A stretch of DNA of 64,000 nt, from NCBI GenBank assembly GCA_965112735.1, contig OZ218952.1, positions 3,100,001-3,164,000 on the forward strand, in the 5' to 3' direction. The position numbers and the translations under genes were made by a program. How positions within the stretch are numbered: position 1 is the stretch's first letter; every line of letters starts with the position of its first letter. The notes under the pieces were generated by a model, which did no database searches, was not told the origin of the DNA, and saw only the letters and a program-made list of their open reading frames with translations. Of this stretch, positions 9,926 through 23,000 are shown one piece after another. Source of the stretch: Phaeosaccion multiseriatum. Lineage: Eukaryota; Protista; Ochrophyta, other classes.

Positions 9926-12342
9926 GCCTCCATACAAGCCTGTAGCGGCTAAGCCCCTGGGGGGAGGTCCTCCTGGTGTGGCAGGAGGCCCGCCCAACCC
10001 GCCAGCAGCGCAGCAGCCAAGCCAGGGCGCCAAGTCGGGCCGATACCAGCCACCACATAAGAACCCAAACTGGAAGCCCCCTCCAGTCAAGCCGGAGGTA
10101 CGTGCGTGCGTGCGTGTTTCTTGGTTTTTTACTCGCGTGTCTCTCTCTCTCTCTCTTGGCACTCTTCTTTTTCTGTCGTTCTTGTTGCTGGTTGACGTCG
10201 GGCGTAAAGTGAGAGGCTTCCTTTCCCTGACGGGCCTGCGAGCGAGCGGCGCGTTTGACGCTTGAATTGAACAGCAACAGCGACAGACATGAGCTCTTTT
10301 GGTAGACTGTGCGATTGACAGACCTGACCTCTTTTGGCAGACTGTGTGATTGACTGAGTGGCCCCTGCATCATCGCTGCTTGCCCACCTGTTATGCTGTT
10401 CTGTTTGTTCTCTTGTTTGTTAGGAAAGATAGGGTTAGTCTTAGTTTACTTGGAGTGTAAGCTTCCCAGCTCGGCGTAGCAGCTTGAACTTTTTAACCCT
10501 TGACCCCCTGCGTCTTGCTCTCTTCCTGACTGACTCACTATCTTATCTGACTGACTGACTGACTGACTGACTGACTGACCTACACGTTTGTGCATTCATC
10601 ATGTCACCTCTGTGCCCTGCCTGCCTCAACAAACAGGCTCCTGGGGCCACGCCAGGCATGGGTACGCACCTGCAGACGCGGCGCACGCGGGGAGGGGCGG
10701 GAATCAGCATCGGAGAGGGCGAGTTCGACTTCCAGGCGGTAAGTGTGTGTGCGCGCGTGTTTGTGTGTGTGTGTGTGTGTGAAGTAAGCGAGCGCACGTC
10801 AAAGAGCCAAGAGAGGCGCTCGATGCAAGCGATAGTGACAGCGGTCGGGTACGGGTTCGGATACTCTGACTGGTCCACACAGGAAGGAGCAGCCAATAGC
10901 TTTTGTGTCTTGCCCCATGCAAACACGTTCCACTTGTTTCGTGAAGAGCCCCAGAGTCCTTCTCCGTTCTGTGTGGCTGCCGCTTATCAAACTTGGGAGG
11001 GAGGGAGGGAGGGATGGAGGGAGGGAGGGAAGGAAGAGGGAAAGCCGGGGAGCAGCATGGTGAAGCAACGTGCTGTGAAGAATTGCCCCATCCTTCATCC
11101 CGTAAGACACCCATGATTTTGATTTCGCATCTTAACTCTCCCCCACCCGCCCCGACCCTCCCTCCCTCCCTCACTCAACTCCCTCCCGCCCTCCCTTCCC
11201 CCTCTCTCTCTCTCCCCCCCCCTGCCTCTCTCTCTCGCCCCCCCCCCCCCCCTGCAGTCCATGCAATCTTTCGATAAAGACGCTGAGATGCTCAAAGCTG
11301 GATTCGCACAGCCCCAAGCAGAGGACGGAGGGGAAGAAGAAGGAGGAGGAGAAGACGGGGAGGAGGGAGAGGAGGGAGGGGCAGCTGCAGGCGGTGCCGA
11401 AGCGACGTCGGGAGGAGGTACCACGAACCCTCCTGTAAAGAAGTACAACAAGAGCTCCTTCTTTGACGAGGTGAGAGTGGGAAAGTGGTCGTAGGAGGAG
11501 GAGGGGTAGGAGGAGGGGGTGACGCGAGTAGTGGGGCCCCTTGAGGAGGAGTATGGAGGGGGTTCGGCCGGACGCTGTGGCATGATGTTGCTTGCGAACA
11601 CTTAACAATCCGTGGACGCTTGATCCTATATCCTTTTTAGCTCGGCTGTGGGGTGTATGGGGGTGTGGAGGGGGCGAGGGGTGCGTGTGCGTATGCGTGA
11701 GTGTGTGTGGGGTGCCTACAGATACACACATACACACAGAATCAACAATTGCCTCAAGTTGTCTTGCTGATAGGGTCCAAGTGCGCTTCTCTCGTCTTCT
11801 GTTTTCTCTTCTCTCGCTTTTTTCAAAGACACATGTGCTTCACTTAATGCGTATGGCATCTTCTAGAAGGCTGTCTGAGGGCTACACATCGCATTTCCAG
11901 CGTATGCCAAGCGTATGCCAAGCGAGTTTACATCATTACGCATCCCCCTTTGCGTCATACTCATTCTTCACATGGTAGTGATGCTCATGGGTCATTGATG
12001 TATTGAAATCCCCTCCTTCGGCGTGCCTCCCCTCCTTCCTCCCTTCCCTCACAGATTTCCTGCGATGCTCTGGATGGAAGGGAGCGTCATGGGGGCTATC
12101 AGGAGCGTGGCTTGAATACCGAGACGTTCGGAGCCACTTGTGTGGCCTTCAATAACAATAGGCGTGGCCGGGGCAGAGGTAGAGGGGGCCGTGGGAGGGG
12201 GGGATACCACAACAGCGGCTATGGAGGGAGGGGAGGTTATAACAACAACAACAACAACAACGGGGGTGGTGGCGGCTACGGTCAGAGGAGGGGTTACAAT
12301 AACAGCGGCCCTGGCATGCAGGGGATACAGGGAGGGAGCTAA
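9206..12342 (+). CDS. LSM14: LSM14/Scd6/DCP5 P-body protein; exons 9206-9268, 9412-9579, 9723-10097, 10637-10738, 11258-11470, 12055-12342
   Basis: LVGSRISLISKKDIRYE|GTLYNI...SWGTEGR...ILFRGQDIKDLHV (Lsm domain), EFDFQ (FDF), YNKSSFFDE|ISCD (FFD), LNTETFG (TFG), C-terminal RGG. Confidence 0.96.
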
Positions 12343-12995
12343 GCTTAGCTGATGAGGGTGATGAGAGGATATGGGGGCTGCTTTCTGCATGGAGAGGGCC
12401 AGACTGGGTGTGACTTGACTGGAGTAGTAGTAGAAGGAATTACACGAATCTGATGTCCATCGATGTGGTCTGCGCTGAGAGGTATCAGCATTTTTGTCGT
12501 TTGTGGGACGATTCAAACGTGTCTTGAACCCGAACCCGATGGGATGGATGGAGGGGCGTGCGAGAGGGAGGGCGAGCCGGAAGCAGGGGGGGCAAGCGCA
12601 CACGGACTTAGTATACGTATGTGCAAACTTCGAGAAAAGAGGAGAGGGGAGGAGGACTTTCTCGCTGAATGTGCGTAAGTACCTACGAGAAGAGGTGAGG
12701 GGAGGGGGAGCTTCTCGCTGCAGAGACACGTGCAGATGAGGGGAGGAGGGGCCGTCGGCTGATTATGCTTTCGGTGGAGGCGTACGGGCATATTCACACA
12801 GAGGCATACGGTCATATTTTCACACGGAAATCTGCCCGAGACCAGAGGAGGGAGGACAAAGTGTTTGTGTTCGTCCCTCTGACTGTCGCTGAAGATCTTG
12901 GACCCCCTGGGGCACCCTGTTGACCTCTGCGGAGGGGCGCATCGGGCGTCCCAAACACAACACAGCAGCGCCGCGGTGCGTGTGTGTGTGTATGT

Positions 12996-13029
<34 letters not shown>

Positions 13030-13243
13030 GCATGTCACGGGCCTGCTCTGTGCTGGAGGAGGAGGAGGAGGAGGAGGAGCAAGATAGCCTTGCCCTGTGC
13101 TGTGTGTGGTAAGAACCACGACGCACACCTTCCCGTGCATAAGAAATGGAAAACGCGACAGCTTATGCACTGCGTATACGATTATTCTGCCAACCTTTCT
13201 TCCTCCTCCTCCCCACACAACACGCTCTTGGATATTCAAATAT

Positions 13244-16200
13244 TCAAACCACCTCCCGCCTCTTCCCTCCGACATTGCCGTCGCCTGCCCCTTCCCCTTC
13301 CTCCACGACGTGCACCTCATTACCCGTGCCGCCGTAGCCCACGCTCTCGTCGTAACCGTCACTCTTGTCGTCACTCTTATCACTATCAAAGTCATCAATC
13401 ATCTTCTTGACGCTTGACACGCCGTCCCTAAACGAGGCCAACAGCTGATCCCCCCCTGCCGACATGGTCTTCTTCAACCCTTGACTCTCCTCGGTCACAC
13501 CTTTGGTAAACACACTGAAACGAGCCGCCGCCGCCGCGCCCCACTTTATTTGCCCACTACCCCCGCCTGCAGCCTTGGTAGCAGCAGCAGCCTTGTCCTT
13601 GTTGTCTTTATCAGGGAGCACGTTGCCGTCCGTATTCCTCCTCCCCATGTTGGGAGGGGGCGGCGGCGGCATGGCAGCATCCCCAGCAGCAACCTTCTTC
13701 TCCTTGTCTCCCAAGGAGAAGGAGCCAAAGGCCGTGGACAAGGACTCCGTAAAGGATGGTGCCTTGGAAACAGCTCCTCCTGCTCCTCCTGCTGCTCCTA
13801 CTTCTCCTCCTCCTCCTCCTCCTCCTCCTCCTCCTCCTCCTCCTCCTCCTCCTCCTCCTCCTCCTCCAGCTCCTCCTCCTCCCTCCTTGCCGAGGACCCT
13901 CTCCTCCACCATGTCCATCCTTTCTCGAAGGCTTTCCTTCATCTTTCCCATCGTCCCCTCTGCTTGCACACGCAAAGCCCCCAGCTTGGCCGAAAGCACT
14001 TCGTCCATCCCCTTCTCTTCTTCCTTGCTAGCATCACCATCAACACCACCAGATGATGACGAAGCCTTCACCGCTGCTGCCGACAGACTCAGTCGACTAA
14101 GGCTCGTGATGACCTCGTCCCCTGGGTATAGCACTCCCGCACACGTGGAGTACACCTCAAGAAGCTCCCCTCTCTCTCTCCCAATCCCCTCGGCGCCACT
14201 TCCAGCAGTAGTTCGTGATACACCACCACCATCAGCAGCAGCAGCAGCAGCTAGTGAGGCAGGTGTCAGGGCAACAGCAGTGAAAGAGGAGTGAGTCGGA
14301 GAGTGTTGCTGCTGGGAGGATAAGGGAAGGTGGGCAGTCGCCAAGTCTGTCGAGTCTGCAGCGGCATGGGATGGGCCCTGCTCTGTCGACGGTGGCAAGG
14401 CGAGGCCTTGGTGCAGTGCCTGTTGGCGTCGGTGTTGTTGCTGCTGCTGCTGCTGTGTCTCCTCTACGCATTCGCAGAAGAGCTGCACCTGCTGCTCCCG
14501 CTTTTTGCTTACTTCAGGCCCGCTAGCATCATCCCTTCCATCCCCCTGCTCGACGAGATGACGCAAGTCCATCCCCAAGTTACCGATTGTGTGTAGAGGG
14601 GGGAGGGAGGGGGGCACGGATATTAACGGTTAAAGGAGGAGGGAGGGTTTGCCCACCGCGAGCGCCAGAGGAGTCGAACCCTTCATAAGACTAGACTGGA
14701 GTCGAGCAGAGGGGCAGATATCGAACATATCGAACAAATACACATAGAACATACCGAAAACACTCTCTCCAGTACTACCAGCCAGGTACGCACGCACGCA
14801 CGCACGCACGCACCTTGGTACTCCTCCCTCCGTCGTCCTTGTCGTCATCTCCCCCTTCGGTGACCTCCCTCTGAAACATGCTCCACATCTGAGAGGCGCA
14901 GAGGCTCCGCAGCAAGTCCCTCCAGTGACGGGGGCTCTCGGAAATGAAACGCTCCAATGCTCGAGATACGTAACGGAAGTCCTGATAGGCACCTGCAGAG
15001 AGACAGAGATGGGGGTTGGGAATGAGAGGCGTAGAGATAGAAAGAGATACAGAGGGGAGGGCGAGGGAGAGAGAGAGGAGGACGAGGGAGAGAGAGAAGG
15101 GGAGAGAGACGGCGGGGGGGAGTAGATCGAGGGAGGAGGAGGGGGGGGGGGGGGGGTTGGACATGACAGAGGGAGAGAGAGGGAAGGGGGACACAGAGAG
15201 AGACAAGAGGGAGGGAGAGAGAGGAGGAAGAGAGAATGAGAGAGAAAGGGGGAGAGGGACAGAGAGAGGTGGTATGGCCATGGAAGACATTTTAGCACCA
15301 AGAGATCCTTAGATACATCACTCACCGAGCAGAGTTGCGAGCAGGTCCACAACCACCACGCGAATGACAGGCGCGTTAAAAGTCACGGTTGCTTCACTTG
15401 CGCGCGCCTCCCCCTCCCCCTCTCCCTCTCCTTGTCCCTCTATCCCTCGCCCTCCGCCTTCCTCATGATCCATCGGTGGGCTATCGGCAGCGGACAGTGC
15501 AGATCCTGTCCTCCTCTTTCGGTCCCCACTGCTCTTCAAGCTCGGGGGCAGGCATTGCTCAATGAGACAACACACCACTCGGCTTAGGTCCTCCGGCATC
15601 TCTGTGGGTGGGAAAGGAAGGAAGGAAGGAAGGGAGGGAGGGAGCGAGGGAGTGAGGGAGGGAGGGAGCGAGGGAGGGAGGGAAGAAAGAAAGGACGGAA
15701 CGGAGGTGGGGTGGGGTGAGGTGACTAGAACACCCACATACCCACGCATCCACGCACCCACGCACGCACCCACGCACCCACGCACCCACGCACCCACGCA
15801 CCTGGCAGTACCCTCGCCTCTTCCTGGTCCTCAGGTCCCGTCGGCTCGCGACCCCTTCCTCCTCCGTCTCGTCGCCTCTTCTCTCCTCCTTCCCCTCCCC
15901 CTCCTTCCCCTCCCGCTGCGCTGTGGCGCTGCGCCTCTCTCGCTTCGGCGCACCTCCTCCTCTTGGCAGCGGCGCTAATCAGGGGTGTATCGCTCGAGAG
16001 ACTTCCCAATGCTCCGTCGGGCTGCGGAATGATTCCAATGGGTCGAATGGGAAGCACGACGGAATCCGCCGCCAAGTTGACCAGCACGATTGAGGAAAGG
16101 TCCGCACTGATGCAGTGGAAGTGCCGAGCTTCCATGCCGATTAAGAAGGGCACGGGTGCCTTTGTTTGACCGGGGGTGGGGGTGGGGAGAGGACAGAGAG

Positions 16201-16280
16201 AAAGACAGGGAGAGAGAGAGAGACAGCGAGAAGAGGGGATGTGTCTAAGAGAAAGAGAGAGAGGGAGGGGGGGTACTGAG

Positions 16281-16328
<48 letters not shown>

Positions 16329-18351
16329 AGGTGAGGAAGGTTCGCACGTTCCAAGGGGGGTGGTGTGTGGAGGCATTGACTGCGGAATCTCTGCTTCAGT
16401 CACTTCAGTCAAGCTTCAAGGTGTGTGGGGCGTCCATATGCAAAGCAAAATGCGAACGACATATACTTGATACTTGCTCATACCCCACCACCAACCCCAC
16501 CCACTCCCTCCCCTCCCTCCCCCCTGTTTCACCACCCCCCTCCCTCCCGCTCTCACTCATTTCCTTCCCTCCCTCCCTCCTGTTTCACCACGCCCCTCTC
16601 TCCCGCCCTCACTCACTCGCTCCCCTCCCTCCCTCCCTCACTCACTCACTCACCCCCCCCCTCCCTCCTGTTTCACCACCCCCCTCCCTCCCTCCTGTTT
16701 CACCAACTCCGTTACCTCCATGTAGTGAGTCATGGTGTGTGGCAGCACAGGGACGAGGACATGAGGCCACACGAAAGGAAAGAGAAGGCCTGTCAGCGCC
16801 TCCGCCACTTGAAGGACACGTGTGTTAAGGGCGAGGGCCGAGGGGCGAGAGGAGGGGAGGGAGAGGGAGGGGACGGGAGGGGAGGGGTTGAGCGCCCGCA
16901 ATTTTGACATGCAAACCAAGCCCCCCAGGCAACACCAAGAGCCGTTTCTATCGTTACGTTAACCGTATTGTTACTGAAACCGTGTTGTTGCCGTAGCAAC
17001 GACTACTGTACGCATATGTATGTATGTACCTGGAGCGAGGTCTTGGGGCTTGTCGGCGAGGAGGAGGACGCTTTGCTCCTGCAACAAGCTCACCAGCACG
17101 CTCAGCACCGAGGAGGGGGACAGCCAAGTGAAGAGTGCCTCCAGGCATTCGTCCTCCAGGGATGGGAAGGAGCTGTGCGCTGGGGGGGGGGGGGGGGGGG
17201 GGGGACAGGGAGAGGGTGGGAGTGTGAGACAGCGGGAGAGATCGGGAGAGAGGAGAGATTGAGAGAGGGAGAGAAAGATAAAGAGGTCAATCCAGCTGCG
17301 GTATGACCAAGCTATTGAGAGAGGGAGAGAGATGAAGTGATCGACCCTGCTGCGGTACGATTGTATCACCAACCTGCGTGTCTATCTCCGTACTCGAGGA
17401 GGTTGTCTCTGTAGTGGTGCGTTACGAGCTCTGTAGGGCGGGGCAGCTCCAGGGCAGTGCAGTAGTGCTCTATGGCCTCGCTCACGTCTCTGTTACAAAC
17501 ACAAATGGAAGGTTCACAGAGCGAAAGGTTGAGTAATTGATCAGTTGATTGATTGATTGATTGGTTGATTGACTGATTGATTGGTTGGTTGATTGAGTGA
17601 ATGGTTGATTGACTGATTGACTGATCGCAGTATGTCATGTGTGGTTGGGGAGTTGGAGAGGGAGACCTCCCCCTCTACTCTGGACCCTAGTCTCGCACCC
17701 CCCGCGCCTCCCGTCATCACTCACATGTTTCCGTCGTCCATCATGTCTAGTGACCAGGCTTGCAGAGAGCCGCACTTCAATGCCTCCGCCCCGATCGTCG
17801 CCGCTACGTGCTGGAGCACGCTCTGTTCGCATCGCAAATAACGTCACGCAATTGTGTTTCAGTCGAAGTCACGGCCGCAAGAAGGCATTCTTCTTCCCCG
17901 ATAGCAGCGCCTCTCAACCGTCACCCGGTGGTGTAACTGTCGCCCCCGTTACGTCTCTTTTTCAACGTACCTTGTGCACAGAGAGAAGCAAGGGTCGCTG
18001 AGAGAGCAACACCACCACTCGACAGTGGACCTGATACACACACGCGGACACACACATTAATATACACGTACGTAAGCACGGAGCCATTGCAAAGGACACA
18101 CCCGAAGAAGATGAGATCTCCCAAGGTGGAGTGGGGTGGGGTGGGAGGGGCGCCGAGCGAGCATGCCAGCATTCGAGCATGTATACTCCATTACACAGCA
18201 CACAGCAGCCCACCTCTCCGCACAAGAGAAGAAGACAGAGGCAGAGGCAAAGGCAGAGACGTGAGGCAACGCATGGGGTCCGAAACTGTAGTCGGCCTGG
18301 CCAGACGCGCACACACACACATACACGCACGCACAAACGCACACGCATACA

Positions 18352-18391
<40 letters not shown>

Positions 18392-20667
18392 CCTCTCCGC
18401 AGTTGGGCGGGGCCTGCTCTGCGGCTAGTGCACTCAGCCCCTCTGCCCTTGCCTTTTGGCCATCGCTCTGATAGCTGCCCAGCACAACCCAGCTGGCGTA
18501 GCTTCTCCGTCCGGTGCCATCCGTCAGCACCGTGCTCATGGCATCGTAGGCATTGTACTCATCGCCCCGCTCTGCTCGGGCCGCTTCCGCTCGGACTCTC
18601 TTCCTCTCCGCCTTGATCCTTGCCTTTTCCTTGGCCTTCCTTGCCCTCTCCTGCCAGCCCATCTCATACTCCTCCTGCTCCTGCTTCTGCTTTGCTCCTA
18701 ACCCGACGCCGACCCTCTCCGCCCACGCTTCCACCCCCCCCTTGTGTTGTCCTCCTCCCCCCTTGCCTTCCTCCTCCTCATCCTCATCGCTGTCATCATC
18801 ATCATCGTCACCACCGCCACCCTTCCCATCATCCATCCCAACAAAGCTCAGCGTGCAAACCTCAGCCAGCGCCTCCGGGTCGGCAAACGGTATGTCCTCG
18901 TGATCATCTTCAGGGTAGCGATACACCTCCTTCACTTCCGTCCGCCTCTGCAGCTCCAGACGCGGATTGCTCGTACTCCTTCCCTTTGTCGAGCCCTTAT
19001 TGCTGACAAGCCGAGGCAGCCCTCCTCCATCAACCCCCCGCTCCACCTGAGAGAAGAGGAAGAAGGGGTGCCTTTGGTTCGCGAGAGAGATTTTGGGCGA
19101 TGCAAGTAGCCGCAGGTAGGGTAGCGTACGATAGTAGACAGAGGAGGTGTTGGAAAACCTGAGCCCCCAACACTGCGTTGTGTCCTGCCTACCTGCCTCC
19201 CCCCCTTCCAGCCTACCTCCTTCTCCCTCACTCCCTCTTCCTCACTCCCTCCCTGTCCACAGGACAAAGCTTACCCATAGGTCTCACTGACATAGTTCAC
19301 TCACCTGCGGCAGTAGCGCGATGGTCAAGACTGCCATGTAGTCGATGAGGCGAGTAGAAGAGGCCTCTGTGAAGTCGTACATCATACCGCCCTCCACCCC
19401 CAGTTGCTGAGGCGCCGCAAAGGGGGAGGGACGGGGAGGGGCACATACAAAGGCATAGGGGCACGAAGGGAAGGGAAGGGAAGGGAAGGAAAAGGGAACT
19501 ACGTGAGTGCGTGGCGTGTGCGTACGCGAGGCTGGAGAGGCGGCAGAAACCAAAGCCTCCAACATACACACACATAAAGACAGGCCAGCTTGTCTCTTTT
19601 ATCTCCTCTGCACCCGCTCTTGAAGACTGACTGACTGACTCAGCGCACCTGCTGAAAGAGACGCCGAACGATTCGATCCTTGGCCATCTCGAAGGGGATC
19701 TGTGGGAAGGGAAGAGAACACAAGAAGAGAATGAGTAAGTGAAGAGAACAAGTGGGATGAGTGAGTGACAAGAGCATACGTAAGAATGAGTGAGTGAAAA
19801 GAGCGCACGATGAATGAGTTCCACTCCTCCTTCCCAACAAGCGAACGAGTGCAGTGGAGGTCAGTCCAGTCCAATACACTACCTGTCCGTTGTCGTTCTC
19901 CATCTCCAGCTCCGCCCCGTGGTGGATGAGCATCCGCACCATCGCCACCCTGTTGGCCTTGGTGGCGTAGTGCAGAGCAGTCATACCCCGCACGGTTTCA
20001 GTGTCCACGTCCACCCACAGCTCGTCCACCAGGAAGCGCACCACTTCAGCGTGGCCGTTCTCGGCCGCCACATGGAGCATCAGGCTGGAGAGGCGCTCGC
20101 CGATGCACGTGCCGATGGCTTCATTCTGTACCTGTCCGTGAGGTGTGCGGAAAAGAGTCGGAAGGTAGGGGGGGGGCGAGGGGATGAGGCTACAGACTGA
20201 GGTGACTTGGAGGCTGGAGGACGCAGATTTGATTCGATTCCACCCTTTCGTTCACAGCGGACAAAGATGCCTACACGACGTGATTCCACCCTCCGTTCAC
20301 CGTGGACGAAGAAGCCTTCGTTGGCTCAGGTCCCTGCTCATGCATGCAGCCTAAATATACCAACGACCTCTCTCTTCCATTGATCTCTAACGTCTCGCGG
20401 TCTCCCATCTCTCAGCTGTCGCCCCACGCTCCTACGTACCTGCTTACACAGGAATCTGAGGTCCGCAATGTTCCCCTCCGTGGCAGCCTGCACCATTCTG
20501 TCCGCCACCTCGTCCACATCTTCGTCGCCCTCGTCGTTCTCTGCTGCAGACGGGTGGTACGACACGATGTTCTGGTAGTAGATGTTGATGGTCTTCCATG
20601 TCCCAGCCTTCCTCAGGTACTCGGAGATACTCAAGTACGCCTTCTTCTTCTTTGGGGCGCCAGACAT
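13244..20667 (-). CDS. Ankyrin-repeat + DENN-domain protein (putative Rab GEF), multi-exon; 3' end and some internal exons uncertain
   Basis: Ankyrin LHVAAENGHAEVVRFLV, TALHYA; uDENN RLIDYMAVL, RYPEDDHEDIPF, TVLTDGTGRRSY; DENN core LLQEQSVLL, LLFPFVWPHVLVPVLP, APVPFLIGM. Confidence 0.85.
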
Positions 20668-20885
20668 ATTTTTTTCTATCGTTCTATCGATCTATCGTTC
20701 CATCGTTCCGAGTTCAATTTTATCCTTCATCACGTGTTGGTGCTCGACCGACCGTTGGCGACGACTCTCCCCCTCGCTCGCGGTGTAATATATACACGCT
20801 CCGCTCTGCCCCGTCCATTGTAATACAGAGTCGGACCATCCATTGTCCTCCCCTGGGCGGCGGGATACGAGAAGTAGTTACAGCC

Positions 20886-22452
20886 ATGATGGAAGCGAGG
20901 CAAAGGGGTACTTCCTCGACTGTGGTCACGGTGACCGCTACATCAGAGGAGAGAAGAGAAGAAAGAGGAGAGGAGGAGGAGGAAGTGGAGGAACGCAGGC
21001 AAGAGGAGCGACGAGACACCTTGCGGAATCAAGTTTTCGACAATGCTATCTCGTTGTCCGCGCCTCTGGGAAGACGGAAGCGAATAGCTACACTGCGACT
21101 GCAACTCCAAGAGCGGCAGCAACAGCGGCGGCGGCGGGAGAAGCCCGCGAGTGCTGTAGCGAAAGAGGACGACGGGGACGGGCGGAAGAGAAGTCGACCC
21201 CGGTCCAGCTCCCCCAGCAGCGAAAGCTTTCCAGCAGTGGCGCCTCCTTTGACGGAAAGGCTTCGTGCGAGTAGTCAGCGGCAAGGTGGGCGCGAGGGGC
21301 GAGGAAGAGGAGGGTGGACGCCGCCAGCGCTGCAGCCGCTGCCTCGCGGAGGGGCAGGCTTCACGTCTGCCTGGACCTATCTAGGTCCTATTGATAGATT
21401 CGAGCTTGTGAAGAGCGCCAATCGGTGAGAAAGCGGTACTGGCGGCGGTCTACAGTCTGTCTCAAGCTCTCTCCCTTCGCCCCCTCCCCTCCTAGTGACT
21501 CATCCCCTCCGGCGCGCCTGCACCTACTCTATCTGCTGCTGCCCCCTCGCGAACCCCAGATCCACCGGAGAGACTGGACAGCGCCTCGAGGACTCTGAAC
21601 TGGAATTTGTAGTGCTGGCGGTGGAGGAGGCGGAAGAGGCTATGGCCAGAGCGGACTTTTCCACTGCCGCCACTCTGTTGGAGCAGGCCGTGCAGAGCTG
21701 CCCCAACTTCACCCTCGCCATCTACAAGTTAAGAGATAACGTTTCTAGTGGAGTTGGGTGGGAATGGGCTGGGCTGGGCTGAGGTTGGGGTTGGGGGGTG
21801 TGGGTGGTGGGGTGATTCCTCCTGCGTCGCTTTGGTAGTCAGCACTTCACGCGCTTTTGGCTTGCTCCTTTTGTGGTCCTCCTCCTCGACAACAAGTACG
21901 TTATGGCTTGCCTACTCAGCACCTCCTCCGCGCCCCCTTCCTCTTCCTTCTCCACCTTCCATCCCAATATACACGCACTCACCGCACCCAACATTCACAT
22001 CTCTTTCTTTCCCCACAATGAAGACTGGCCCTGACCCTGCTCGCTGCCAGAGGCCTTCACGCCGCGAGGGAGGCCTCCGAACTACTGAGGTGGTGCATGG
22101 CTCTCGAGAGTGACAATGCCCATATGCGCACAGGTAGGTGGGGAGGGGAGGGGTTAAGGGGTGGGAGGGGAGGGGCTAAAGGAGGAGGGGAGGGACTGAG
22201 TGGACCCGAAGGGTTCCCGAAGGGGAAGGGGTCTTTACGTGCCTAACAGTAGACAATCTCTCCTCCTCTGCCCTCCCCCCTTGCCCCCTCCCTCCTCCCC
22301 CTCCCTCCCCCTCTCTACCAGCTGTAGACCGCGTGCTTCTAGTGATGTCCTCTCAGCCGGTGCCTGACCTGTACTGGGAGGAAGCACAGCCCATGTCCAA
22401 GGGGGACTTGATCGCACTGCACCAGCTCCTCGACAACGAGCAGGGGACTTGA
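20886..22452 (+). CDS. Hypothetical protein with TPR-like helical repeats, 4 exons
   Basis: In-frame splicing gives AEEAMARADFSTAATLLEQAVQSCPNFTLAIYK|LALTLL...EASELLRWCMALESDN; TGA at 22450-22452. Confidence 0.62.
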
Positions 22453-23000
22453 CTCTCTCTCTCTCTCTCCTCGACAACGAGGAACGCGGAGTGGGCTTGA
22501 CTCTGGCTGCACCTCCCCACACCACCCTGTGGAGAGATGCTCTGCATGCTCTGCATCTTCTTGTAACATCATCAAACACAAGTTTGCAACCGTTCTTCTT
22601 TTCTTTAGAGCAGAGGAAGTGTGCTTCTTCATTCTAAACAGAGGGCTCTCTTTCGTGAGTCCCGACGCCCCCCCCCCCCCCATCGTCCAGAGCCCTTGAG
22701 AGCTCTGCTGTTGGTGCAAAACTGCAAAACTGCCCAAATAGACACACCATAGCTATACTATACGCCTGAGAATACAAAGAGTGTGCTCCACATCCCTCCA
22801 ATCCCTGCGCTGCGACCGCCTCTGCATGTTGCACTTACGCCACACGCGGGCAGGCCTGGGGCATAGCCCGACGGGACAGGTGTGGCCGACCTTGTGCTGC
22901 AGCCGAGGAAATCTCTCTCTCTCTCTCTCTTGCTCTCTCTCGCTCTCGCTCTACCCTATTCTACAACGGAGGGCATCCCCTCCCGACAGACCGACTGACG

